NCBI GenBank assembly: GCA_053919585.1
Contig: CM132787.1
Source: Euprymna scolopes
Taxonomy: Eukaryota
Direction: 5' to 3' (one strand)
DNA: 64,000 nucleotides
The first letter of the stretch is position 1, and each line of letters starts with the position of its first letter. Under the pieces are notes generated by a model, which was given only the letters and a program-made list of their open reading frames with translations, was not told where the DNA came from and searched no databases. A program made the position numbers and the translations under genes. Of the stretch, positions 1 through 14,800 are shown one piece after another.

Positions 1-2435
1 GTAGTGCTATACTCATAAAAATGAATATTGGAATCTTTTGCTATACTCAGAAAAATAAATATTGGAATCTAGTGCTATACTAAAAAAAAATGAATATTGG
101 AATCCAGTGCTATACTCATAAAAATGCATATTGGAATCTAGTGCCATACTCATAAAAATGAATATTGGAATCTAGTGCTATACTCATAAAAATGAATATT
201 GAAATCTAGTGCTGTACTCAAACAAATAAATATTGGAATCTAGTGCTATACTCATAAAAGTGAATATTAGAATCTAGTGCTATACTCATAAAAATTAACA
301 TTGAATTCTAGTGCTATACTCATAAAAATTAACATTGGAATCTAGTGCTATACTCATAAAAATGACTATTGGAATCTAGTGCTATACTCATAAAAATTAA
401 TATCGGGATCTAGTGCTATACTCATAAAAATGAATATTGGAATCTAGTGCTATACTCATATAAATGAATATTGGAATCTTTTGCTATACTCAAAAAAATA
501 AATATTGGAATCTAGTGCTATACTCAAAAAAATGAATATTGGAATCCAGTGCTGTACTCATAAAAATGCATATAGGAATCTACTGCCATACTCATAAAAA
601 TTAATATTGGAATCTAGTGCTATACTCCAAAAAATAAATATTGGAATCTAGTGCTATACTCATAAAAATTAATATTGGAATCTAGTGCCATACTCATAAA
701 AATTAATATTGAAATCTAGTGCTATACTCATAAAAAAGAATATTGGAATCTAGTGCTATACTCATAAAAATGAATATTAGAATCTAGTGCTATACTCATA
801 AAAATTAATATTGGATTCTAGTGCTATACTCATAAAAATTAACATCGGAATCTAGTGCTATACTCATAAAAATGAATATTGGAATCTAGGCATATACTCA
901 TAAAAATGAATATTGGAATCTAGTGCTATACTCATAAAAATGAATATTGGAATCTAGTGCTATACTCATAAAAAGAATATTTGATACTAGTGTTATACTC
1001 ATAAAAATGAATATTTGAATCTATTGCTATACTAATAAAAATGAATATTGGAATCTAGCGCTATACTCATAAAAATGAATATTGGAATCTCGTGCTATAC
1101 TCATAAAAATGAATATTGGAATCTAGTGCTATACTCATAAAAATTAATATTGGAATCTAGTGCTATACTAATAAAAATTAATATTTGAATCTAGTGGTAT
1201 ACTCATAAAAATGAATATTGGAATCTAGTGCTATACTCATAAAAATTAATATTGGAATCTAGTGCTATGCTCATAAAAATAAATATTAGAATGTAGTGCT
1301 ATACTCATAAACATGAATATTGGAATGTAGTGCTATACTCATACAAATAAATATTGGAATGTACTGCTATACTCATAAAAATAAATATTGGAATGTAGTG
1401 CTATACTCATAAAAATGAATATTGAAATCTAGAGCTATACTCAAAAAAATAAATATTGGAATGTAGTGCTATACTCATATAAATGAATATTGGAATCTTT
1501 TGCTATACTCAAAAAAATAAATATTGGAATCTAGTGCTATACTCAAAAAAATGAATATTGGAATCCAGTGCTGTACTCATAAAAATGCATATAGGAATCT
1601 ACTGCCATACTCATAAAAATTAATATTGGAATCTAGTGCTATACTCATAAAAATGAATATTGGAATCTAGTGCTGTACTCAAACAAATAAATATTGGAAT
1701 GTAGTGCTATACTCATAAAAATGACTATTGGAATCTAGTGCTATACTCATAAAAATGACTATTGAATTCTAGTGCTATACTCATAAAAATTAACATTGGA
1801 ATCTAGTGCTATACTCCTAAAAATGAATATTGGAATCTAGTGCTATACTCATAAAAATGAATATTGGAATCTAGTGCTATACTCATAAAAATGAATATTG
1901 GAATCTAGTGCTATACTCATAAAAATGAATATTGGAATCTAGTGCTATACTCATAAAAATGAATATTGGAATCTAGTGCTATACTTATAAAAAAAAATAT
2001 TGGAAACTAGTGCTATACTCATAAATATTAATATTGGAATCTAGTGCTATACTCATACAAATAAATATTGGAATCTAGTGCTATACTCATAAAAATGAAT
2101 ATTGGAATCTAGTGCTATACTGCAAAAAATGAATATTGGAATCTAGTGATATACTCATAAAAATTAATATTGGAATCTAGTGCTATACTCATAAAAATGA
2201 ATATTGAAATCTAGTGCTATACTCATAAAAAAGAATATTGGAATCTAGTGCTATACTCATAAAAATGAATATGGGAATCTATTGCTATACTCATAAAAAT
2301 GAATATTGGAATCTAGCGCTATACTCATAAAAATGAATTTTGGAATCTCGTGCTATACTGATAAAAATGAATATTGGAATCTAGTGCTATACTCATAAAA
2401 ATGAATATTGGAATCTAGTGCTATACTCATAAAAA
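1..2435. repeat. Satellite block duplicated at ~11047-13480 (offset 11046)
   Basis: Rare variants recur at the same offset: CTAGGCATA at 886/11932 and TGCAAAAAAT at 2121/13167. Confidence 0.9.
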
Positions 2436-5400
2436 TGAATATTGGAATCTAGTGCTATACTCATAAAAATGAATATTGAAATCTAGTGCTATACTCAAAA
2501 AAATGAATATTGGAATCTAGTGCTATACTCATAAAAATTAATAATGGAATCAATACTATACTCATAAAAATGAATATTGACATCTAGTGCTATACTCATA
2601 AACATGAATATTGGAATCTAGTGCTATACTCATAAAGATTTATATTGGAATCTAGTGCTATACTCAAAAAAATGAATATTGGAATCTAGTGCTATACTAA
2701 AAAAAACAATATTGGAATCTAGTGCTATACTCATAAAAATTAATAATGGAATCTAGTACTATACTAATAAAAATGAATATTGGAATCTAGTGCTATACTC
2801 ATAAAAATGAATATTGGAATCTAGTGCTATACTCATAAAAATGAATATTGGAATCTAGTGCTATACTCATACAAATGAATATTTGAATCTAGTGCTATAC
2901 TCATAAAAAAGATATTGGAAACTAGTGCTATACTCATAAAAATGAATATTGGAATCTAGTGCTATACTCATACAAATGAATATTGGAATCAGGTGCTATC
3001 CTCATAAAAAAGAATATTAGAATCTAGTACAATACTCATAAAAATGAATATTGAACTCTAGTGCTATACTCAAAGAAATGAATATTGGAATCTAGTGCTA
3101 TACTCAAAAAAATGAATATTGGAATCTAGTGCTATACTCATAAAAATTAATATTGGAATCAATACTATACTCATAAAAATGAATATTGGAATCTAGTGCT
3201 ATACTCATAAAAATGAATATTGGAATCAAGTGCTGTACTCATAAAAATGAATATTGGAATCTAGTGCTATACTCATAAAAATGAATATTGGATTCTAGTG
3301 CTATACTCATAAAAAAGAATATTGGAAACTAGTGCTATACTCATAAAAATGAATATTTGAATCTATTGCTATACTCATAAAAATGAATATTGGAATCTAG
3401 CGCTATACTCATAAAAATGAATATTGGCATCTCGTGCTATACTCATAAAAATGAATATTGGAATCTAGTGCTATACTCATAAAAATTAATATTGGAATCA
3501 AGTGCTATACTCATAAAAATTAATATTGGAATCTAGTGCTATACTCATAAAACTGAATATTGGAATCTAGTGCTATACTAATAAAAATGACTATTAGAAT
3601 CTAGTGCTATACTCATAAACATGAATATTGGAATCTAGTGCTATACTAAAAAAAATAAATATTGGAATGTAGTGCTATACTCATAAACATGAATATTGAA
3701 ATCTAGTGCTATACTCATAAAAATTAATATTGGAATCTAGAGCTATACTCATAAAAATAAATATTAGAATGTAGTGCTATACTCATAAACATGAACATTG
3801 GAATCTAGTGCTATACTCATAAAAATGAATATTGGAATCTAGTGCTATACTCATAAAAATAAATATTGGAATGTAGTGCTATACTCATAAAAATGAATAT
3901 TGGAATCTAATGCTATACTTAAAAAAATAAATATTGGAATGTAGTGCTATACTCATAAAAATGAATATTGGAATCTTTTGCTATACTCAGAAAAATAAAT
4001 ATTGGAATCTAGTGCTATACTCAAAAAAAATGAATATTGGAATCCAGTGCTATACTCATAAAAATGAATATTGGAATCTAGTGCTATACTCATAAAAATG
4101 AATATTGGAATCTAGTGCTATACTCATAAAAATAAATATTGGAATCTAGTGCTGTACTCAAACAAATAAATATTGGAATCTAGTGCTATACCCATAAAAA
4201 TGAATATTAGAATCTACTGCTATACTCATAAAAATTAATATTGAATTCTAGTGCTATACTCATAAAAATTAACATCGGAATCTAGTGCTATACTCATAAA
4301 AATTAATATTGGAATCTAGTGCTATACTCATAAAAATGAATATTGGAATCTAGTGCTATACTCATAAAAATGAATATTGGAATCTAGTGCTATACTCATA
4401 AAAAAGAATATTGGATACTAGTGCTATACTCATAAAAATGAATATTTGAATCTATTGCTATACTCATAAAAATGAATATTGGAATCTAGCGCTATACTCA
4501 TAAAAATGAATATTGGAATCTAGTGCTATACTCATAAAAATGAATATTGCAATCTTGTGCTATACTCATAAAAATTAATATTGGAATCTAGTGCTATACT
4601 CATAAAAATTAATATTGGAATCTAGTGCTATACTCATAAAAATGAATATTGGAATCTAGTGCTATACTCATAAAAATGACTATTAGAATCTAGTGCTATA
4701 CTCATAAACATGAATATTGGAATCTAGTGCTATACTCAAAAAAACAAATATTGGAATGTAGTGCTATACTCATAAAAATGAATATTGGAATCTAGTGCTA
4801 TACTCATAAAAATTAATATTGGAATCTAGTGCTATACTCATAAAAATAAATATTAGAATGAAGTGCTATACTCATAAACATGAATATTGGAATCTAGTGC
4901 TATACTCATAAAAATAAATATTTGAATGTAGTGCTATACTCATAAAAATAAATATTGGAATGTAGTGCTATACTCATAAAAATGAATATTGGAATCTAGT
5001 GCTATACTCATAAAGTTAATATTGGAATGTAGTGCTATACTCATAAAAATGAATATTGGAATCTTTTGCTATACTCAGAAAAATAAATATTGGAATCTAG
5101 TGCTATACTAAAAAAAAATGAATATTGGAATCCAGTGCTATACTCATAAAAATGCATATTGGAATCTAGTGCCATACTCATAAAAATGAATATTGGAATC
5201 TAGTGCTATACTCATAAAAATGAATATTGAAATCTAGTGCTGTACTCAAACAAATAAATATTGGAATCTAGTGCTATACTCATAAAAGTGAATATTAGAA
5301 TCTAGTCCTATACTCATAAAAATTTACATTGAATTCTAGTGCTATACTCATAAAAATTAACATTGGAATCTAGTGCTATACTCATAAAAATGAATATTGG

Positions 5401-6619
5401 AATCTAGTGCTATACTCATAAAAAATAATATTGGGATCTACTGCTATACTCATGAAAATGAATATTGGAATCTAGTGCTATACTCATAAAAATGAATATT
5501 GGAATCTAGTGCTATACTCATAAAAATGAATATTGGAATCTAGTGCTATACTCATAAAAAAGAATATTGGAAACTAGTGCTATAATCATAAAAATAATTA
5601 TTGGAAACTAGTGCTATACTTATACAAATGACTATTGGAATCTAGTGCTATACTCATAAAAATGAATATTGGAATCTAGTGCTATACTCCAAAAAATAAA
5701 TATTGGAATCTAGTGCTATACTCATAAAAATTAATATTGGAATCTAGTGCCATACTCATAAAAATTAATATTGAAATCTAGTGCTATACTCATAAAAAAG
5801 AATATTGGAATCTAGTGCTATACTCATAAATATGAATATTAGAATCTAGTGCTATACTCATAAAAATTAATATTGGATTCTAGTGCTATACTCATAAAAA
5901 TTAACATCGGAATCTAGTGCTATACTCATAAAAATGAATATTGGAATCTAGTGCTATACTCATAAAAATTAATATTGGAATCTAGTGCTATACTCATAAA
6001 AATGAATATTGGAATCTAGTGCTATACTCATAAAAAGAATATTTGATACTAGTGTTTTACTCATAAAAATGAATATTTGAATCTATTGCTATACTAATAA
6101 AAATGAATATTGGAATCTAGCGCTATACTCATAAAAATGAATATTGGAATCTCGTGCTATACTAATAAAAATGAATATTGGAATCTTGTGCTATACTCAT
6201 AAAAATTAATATTGGAATCTAGTGCTATACTCATAAAAATTAATATTTGAATCTAGTGCTATACTCATAAAAATGAATATTGGAATCTAGTGCTATACTC
6301 ATAAAAATTAATATTGGAATCTAGTGCTATGCTCATAAAAATAAATATTAGAATGTAGTGCTATACTCATAAACATGAATATCGGAATCTAGTGCTATAC
6401 TCATAAAAATGAATATTGGAATCTAGTGCTATACTCATAAAAATTAATATTGGAATCTAGTGCTATACTCATAAAAATAAATATTAGAATGAAGTGCTAT
6501 ACTCATAAACATGAATATTGGAATCTAGTGCTATACTCATAAAAATAAATATTTGAATGTAGTGCTATACTCATAAAAATAAATATTGGAATGTAGTGCT
6601 ATACTCATAAAAATGAATA

Positions 6620-9600
6620 TTGGAATCTAGTGCTATACTCATAAAAATTAATATTGGAATGTAGTGCTATACTCATAAAAATGAATATTGGAATCTTTTG
6701 CTATACTCAGAAAAATAAATATTGGAATCTCGTGCTATACTAAAAAAAAATGAATATTGGAATCCAGTGCTATACTCATAAAAATGCATATTGGAATCTA
6801 GTGCCATACTCATAAAAATGAATATTGGAATCTAGTGCTATTCTCATAAAAATGAATATTGAAATCTAGTGCTGTACTCAAACAAATAAATATTGGAATC
6901 TAGTGCTATACTCATAAAAGTGAATATTAGAATCTAGTGCTATACTCATAAAAATTAACATTGAATTCTAGCGCTATACTCATAAAAATTAACATTGGAA
7001 TCTAGTGCTATACTCATAAAAATGACTATTGGAATCTAGTGCTATACTCATAAAAATTAATATTGGGATCTAGTGCTATACTCATAAAAATGAATATTGG
7101 AATCTAGTGCTATACTCATAAAAATGAATATTGGAATCTAGTGCTATACTCATAAAAATGAATATTGGAATCTAGTGCTATACTCATAAAAAAGAATATT
7201 GGAAACTAGTGCTATACTCATAAAAATTAATATTGGAAACTAGTGCTATACTCATACAAATGAATATTGGAATCTAGTGCTATACTCATAAAAATGAATA
7301 TTGGAATCTAGTGCTATACTCCAAAAAATAAATATTGGAATCTAGTGCTATACTCATAAAAATTAATATTGGAATCTAGTGCCATACTCATAAAAATTAA
7401 TATTGAAATCTAGTGCTGTACTCATAAAAAAGAATATTGGAATCTAGTGCTATACTCATAAAAATGAATATTAGAATCTAGTGCTATACTCATAAAAATT
7501 AATATTGGATTCTAGTGCTATACTCATAAAAATTAACATCGGAATCTAGTGCTATACTCATAAAAATGAATATTGGAATCTAGTGCTATACTCATAAAAA
7601 TGAATATTGGAATCTAGTGCTATACTCATAAAAATGAATATTGGAATCTAGTGCTATACTCATAAAAAGAATATTTGATACTAGTGTTATACTCATAAAA
7701 ATGAATATTTGAATCTATTGCTATACTAATAACAATGAATATTGGAATCTAGCGCTATACTCATAAAAATGAATATTGGAATCTCGTGCTATACTCATAA
7801 AAATGAATATTGGAATCTAGTGCTATACTCATAAAAATTAATATTGGAATCTAGTGCTATACTCATAAAAATTAATATTTGAATCTAGTGGTATACTCAT
7901 AAAAATGAATATTGGAATCTAGTGCTATACTCATAAAAATTAATATTGGAATCAAGTGCTATGCTCATAAAAATAAATATTAGAATGTAGTGCTATACTC
8001 ATAAACATGAATATTGGAATCTAGTGCTATACTCATAAAAATAAATATTGGATTCTAGTGCTATACTCATAAAAATAAATATTGGAATGTAGTGCTATAC
8101 TCATAAAAATGAATATTGAAATCTAGAGCTATACTCAAAAAAATAAATATTGGAATGTAGTGCTATACTCATAAAAATGAATATTGGAATCTTTTGCTAT
8201 ACTCAAAAAAATAAATATTGGAATCTAGTGCTATACTCAAAAAACATTAATATTGGAATCCAGTGCTATACTCATAAAAATGCATATAGGAATCTACTGC
8301 CATACTCATAAAAATTAATATTGGAATCTAGTGCTATACTCATAAAAATGAATATTGGAATCTAGTGCTGTACTCAAACAAATTAATATTGGAATCTAGT
8401 GCTATACTCATAAAAATGAATATTAGAATCTAGTGCTATACTCATTAAAATGACTATTGAATTCTAGTGCTATACTCATAAAAATTAACATTGGAATCTA
8501 GTGCTATACTCCTAAAAATTAATATTGGAATCTAGTGCTATACTCATAAAAATGAATATTAGAATCTAGTGCTATACTCATTAAAATGAATATTGGAATC
8601 TAGTGCTATACTCATAAAAATGAATATTGGAATCTAGTGCTATACTCATAAAAATAAATATTAGAATGAAGTGCTATACTCATAAACATGAATATTGGAA
8701 TCTAGTGCTATACTCATAAAAATGAATATTGGAATCTAGTGCTATACTCATAAAAATTAATATTGGAATGTAGTGCTATACTCATAAAAATGAATATTGG
8801 AATCTTTTGCTATACTCAGAAAAATAAATATTGGAATCTCGTGCTATACTAAAAAAAAATGAATATTGGAATCCAGTGCTATACTCATAAAAATGCATAT
8901 TGGAATCTAGTGCCATACTCATAAAAATGAATATTGGAATCTAGTGCTATTCTCATAAAAATGAATATTGAAATCTAGTGCTGTACTCAAACAAATAAAT
9001 ATTGGAATCTAGTGCTATACTCATAAAAGTGAATATTAGAATCTAGTGCTATACTCATAAAAATTAACATTGAATTCTAGCGCTATACTCATAAAAATTA
9101 ACATTGGAATCTAGTGCTATACTCATAAAAATGACTATTGGAATCTAGTGCTATACTCATAAAAATTAATATTGGGATCTAGTGCTATACTCATAAAAAT
9201 GAATATTGGAATCTAGTGCTATACTCATAAAAATGAATATTGGAATCTAGTGCTATACTCATAAAAATGAATATTGGAATCTAGTGCTATACTCATAAAA
9301 AAGAATATTGGAAACTAGTGCTATACTCATAAAAATTAATATTGGAAACTAGTGCTATACTCATACAAATGAATATTGGAATCTAGTGCTATACTCATAA
9401 AAATGAATATTGGAATCTAGTGCTATACTCCAAAAAATAAATATTGGAATCTAGTGCTATACTCATAAAAATTAATATTGGAATCTAGTGCCATACTCAT
9501 AAAAATTAATATTGAAATCTAGTGCTGTACTCATAAAAAAGAATATTGGAATCTAGTGCTATACTCATAAAAATGAATATTAGAATCTAGTGCTATACTC

Positions 9601-10750
9601 ATAAAAATTAATATTGGATTCTAGTGCTATACTCATAAAAATTAACATCGGAATCTAGTGCTATACTCATAAAAATGAATATTGGAATCTAGTGCTATAC
9701 TCATAAAAATGAATATTGGAATCTAGTGCTATACTCATAAAAATGAATATTGGAATCTAGTGCTATACTCATAAAAAGAATATTTGATACTAGTGTTATA
9801 CTCATAAAAATGAATATTTGAATCTATTGCTATACTAATAACAATGAATATTGGAATCTAGCGCTATACTCATAAAAATGAATATTGGAATCTCGTGCTA
9901 TACTCATAAAAATGAATATTGGAATCTAGTGCTATACTCATAAAAATTAATATTGGAATCTAGTGCTATACTCATAAAAATTAATATTTGAATCTAGTGG
10001 TATACTCATAAAAATGAATATTGGAATCTAGTGCTATACTCATAAAAATTAATATTGGAATCAAGTGCTATGCTCATAAAAATAAATATTAGAATGTAGT
10101 GCTATACTCATAAACATGAATATTAGAATCTAGTGCTATACTCATAAAAATAAATATTGGATTCTAGTGCTATACTCATAAAAATAAATATTGGAATGTA
10201 GTGCTATACTCATAAAAATGAATATTGAAATCTAGAGCTATACTCAAAAAAATAAATATTGGAATGTAGTGCTATACTCATAAAAATGAATATTGGAATC
10301 TTTTGCTATACTCAAAAAAATAAATATTGGAATCTAGTGCTATACTCAAAAAACATTAATATTGGAATCCAGTGCTATACTCATAAAAATGCATATAGGA
10401 ATCTACTGCCATACTCATAAAAATTAATATTGGAATCTAGTGCTATACTCATAAAAATGAATATTGGAATCTAGTGCTGTACTCAAACAAATTAATATTG
10501 GAATCTAGTGCTATACTCATAAAAATGAATATTAGAATCTAGTGCTATACTCATTAAAATGACTATTTAATTCTAGTGCTATACTCATAAAAATTAACAT
10601 TGGAATCTAGTGCTATACTCCTAAAAATTAATATTGGAATCTAGTGCTATACTCATAAAAATGAATATTAGAATCTAGTGCTATACTCATTAAAATGAAT
10701 ATTGGAATCTAGTGCTATACTCATAAAAATGAATATTGGAATCTAGTGCT
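6620..10750. repeat. Tandem higher-order duplication, period 2109 bp (~62 monomers) x2
   Basis: TGAATTCTAGCG at 6962/9071 and AAAACATTAA at 8241/10350. Boundaries approximate. Confidence 0.9.
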
Positions 10751-11802
10751 ATACTCATAAACATGAATATTGGAATCTAGTGCTATACTCATAAAAATGA
10801 ATATTGGAATCTAGTGCTATACTCATAAAAATTAATATTGGAATCTAGTGCTATACTCATAAAAATAAATATTAGAATGAAGTGCTATACTCATAAACAT
10901 GAATATTGGAATCTAGTGCTATACTCATAAAATAAATATTTGAATGTATTGCTATACTCATAAAAATAAATATTGGAATGTAGTGCTATAATCATAAAAA
11001 TGAATATTGGAATCTAGTGCTATACTCAAAAAAATTAATATTGGAATGTAGTGCTATACTCATAAAAATGAATATTGGAATCTTTTGCTATACTCAGAAA
11101 AATAAATATTGGAATCTAGTGCTATACTAAAAAAAATGAATATTGGAATCCAGTGCTATACTCATAAAAATGCATATTGGAATCTAGTGCCATACTCATA
11201 AAAATGAATATTGGAATCTAGTGCTATACTCATAAAAATGAATATTGAAATCTAGTGCTGTACTCAAACAAATAAATATTGGAATCTAGTGCTATACTCA
11301 TAAAAGTGAATATTAGAATCTAGTGCTATACTCATAAAAATTAACATTGAATTCTAGTGCTATACTCATAAAAATTAACATTGGAATCTAGTGCTATACT
11401 CATAAAAATGACTATTGGAATCTAGTGCTATACTCATAAAAATTAATATTGGGATCTAGTGCTATACTCATAAAAATGAATATTGGAATCTAGTGCTATA
11501 CTCATATAAATGAATATTAGAATCTTTTGCTATACTCAAAAAAATATATATTGGAATCTAGTGCTATACTCAAAAAAATGAATATTGGAATCCAGTGCTG
11601 TACTCATAAAAATGCATATAGGAATCTACTGCCATACTCATAAAAATTAATATTGGAATCTAGTGCTATACTCCAAAAAATAAATATTGGAATCTAGTGC
11701 TATACTCATAAAAATTAATATTGGAATCTAGTGCCATACTCATAAAAATTAATATTGAAATCTAGTGCTATACTCATAAAAAAGAATATTGGAATCTAGT
11801 GC

Positions 11803-14800
11803 TATACTCATAAAAATGAATATTAGAATCTAGTGCTATACTCATAAAAATTAATATTGGATTCTAGTGCTATACTCATAAAAATTAACATCGGAATCTA
11901 GTGCTATACTCATAAAAATGAATATTGGAATCTAGGCATATACTCATAAAAATGAATATTGGAATCTAGTGCTATACTCATAAAAATGAATATTGGAATC
12001 TAGTGCTATACTCATAAAAAGAATATTTGATACTAGTGTTATACTCATAAAAATGAATATTTGAATCTATTGCTATACTAATAAAAATGAATATTGGAAT
12101 CTAGCGCTATACTCATAAAAATGAATATTGGAATCTCGTGCTATACTCATAAAAATGAATATTGGAATCTAGTGCTATACTCATAAAAATTAATATTGGA
12201 ATCTAGTGCTATACTAATAAAAATTAATATTTGAATCTAGTGGTATACTCATAAAAATGAATATTGGAATCTAGTGCTATACTCATAAAAATTAATATTG
12301 GAATCTAGTGCTATGCTCATAAAAATAAATATTAGAATGTAGTGCTATACTCATAAACATGAATATTGGAATGTAGTGCTATACTCATAAAAATAAATAT
12401 TGGAATGTACTGCTATACTCATAAAAATAAATATTGGAATGTAGTGCTATACTCATAAAAATGAATATTGAAATCTAGAGCTATACTCAAAAAAATAAAT
12501 ATTGGAATGTAGTGCTATACTCATATAAATGAATATTGGAATCTTTTGCTATACTCAAAAAAATAAATATTGGAATCTAGTGCTATACTCAAAAAAATGA
12601 ATATTGGAATCCAGTGCTGTACTCATAAAAATGCATATAGGAATCTACTGCCATACTCATAAAAATTAATATTGGAATCTAGTGCTATACTCATAAAAAT
12701 GAATATTGGAATCTAGTGCTGTACTCAAACAAATAAATATTGGAATGTAGTGCTATACTCATAAAAATGACTATTGGAATCTAGTGCTATACTCATAAAA
12801 ATGACTATTGAATTCTAGTGCTATACTCATAAAAATTAACATTGGAATCTAGTGCTATACTCCTAAAAATGAATATTGGAATCTAGTGCTATACTCATAA
12901 AAATGAATATTGGAATCTAGTGCTATACTCATAAAAATGAATATTGGAATCTAGTGCTATACTCATAAAAATAAATATTGGAATCTAGTGCTATACTCAT
13001 AAAAATGAATATTGGAATCTAGTGCTATACTTATAAAAAAGAATATTGGAAACTAGTGCTATACTCATAAAAATTAATATTGGAATCTAGTGCTATACTC
13101 ATACAAATAAATATTGGAATCTAGTGCTATACTCATAAAAATGAATATTGGAATCTAGTGCTATACTGCAAAAAATGAATATTGGAATCTAGTGATATAC
13201 TCATAAAAATTAATATTGGAATCTAGTGCTATACTCATAAAAATGAATATTGAAATCTAGTGCTATACTCATAAAAAAGAATATTGGAATCTAGTGCTAT
13301 ACTCATAAAAATGAATATGGGAATCTATTGCTATACTCATAAAAATGAATATTGGAATCTAGCGCTATACTCATAAAAATGAATTTTGGAATCTCGTGCT
13401 ATACTGATAAAAATGAATATTGGAATCTAGTGCTATACTCATAAAAATGAATATTGGAATCTAGTGCTATACTCATAAAAATTAATATTGGAATCGAGTG
13501 CTATACTCATAAAAATGAATATTGGAATCTAGTGATATACTCATAAAAATGACTATTAGAATCTAGTGCTATACTCATAAACATGAATATTTGAATCTAG
13601 TGCTATACTCAAACAAATAAATATTGGAATGTAGTGCTATACTCATAAAAATTAATATTGGAATCTAGTGCTATACTCATAAAAATTAATATTGGAATCT
13701 AGTGCTATACTCATAAAAATGAATATTGGAATCTAGTGCTATACTCATAAAAATGAATATTGGAATCTAGTGCTTTACTCATAAAAATGAATATTGGAAT
13801 CTAGCTCTATACTCATAAAAATGAATATTGGAATCTAGTGCTATACTCATAAAAAGGAATATTGGAATCTAGTGCTATACTCAAAACAAATAAATATTAG
13901 AATCTAGTGTTATACTCATAAAAATGAGTATTGGAATCTAGTGCTATACTCATAAAAATGAATATTGGAATCTAGTGCTATACTCATAAAAATGAATATT
14001 GGAATCTAGTGCTATACTCATAAAAATGAATATTGGAATCTAGTACTATACTAAAAAAAATAAATATTGGAATGTAGTGCTATACTCATAAAAATGACTA
14101 TTGGAATCTAGTGCTATACTCATAAAAATAAATATTGGAATGTAGTGCTATACTAAAAAAAATGAATATTGGAATCTAGTGATATACTCATAAAAATGAA
14201 TATGGGAATCTAGTGCTATACTCATAAAAATTATTATTGGAATCTAGTGATCTACTAAAACAAAATGAATATTGGAATCTAGTACTATACTCACAAAATG
14301 AATATTGAAATCCAGTGCTATACTCATAAAAATGAATATTGGAATGTAGTGCTATACTCAAAAAATGAACATTGGAATCTAGTGCTATACTCATAAAAAT
14401 GAATATTGGAATCTAGTGCTATACGCAAAAAAATGAATATTGGAATCTAGTGCTGTACTCATAAAAATGAATATTGGAATCTAGTGCTATACTCATAAAA
14501 ATGAATATTGGAATCTAGTTCTATACTCATAAAAATGAATATTAGAATCTAGTGCTATACTCATAAAAATTAATATTGGATTCTAGTGCTATACTCATAA
14601 AAATTAACATCGGAATCTAGTGCTATACTCATAAAAATGAATATTGGAATCTAGGCATATACTCATAAAAATGAATATTGGAATCTAGTGCTATACTCAT
14701 AAAAATGAATATTGGAATCTAGTGCTATACTCATAAAAAGAATATTTGATACTAGTGTTATACTCATAAAAATGAATATTTGAATCTATTGCTATACTAA

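Noticed and set aside
20-36. TGAATATTGGAAT as a heat-shock element or human satellite III-like GGAAT repeat
   Set aside because: GAA/TTC spacing does not fit nGAAnnTTCnnGAAn, and GGAAT occurs only once per monomer.
30-63. 34-bp monomer as a loxP/FRT-like recombinase site or telomeric repeat
   Set aside because: No 13-8-13 inverted-arm structure and no G-rich telomerase-type strand; the length match is coincidental.
14188-14394. 68-aa minus-strand ORF
   Set aside because: It is a translation of satellite monomers, open only through chance loss of stops. A 34-bp period cycles through all frames and the consensus contains stops.
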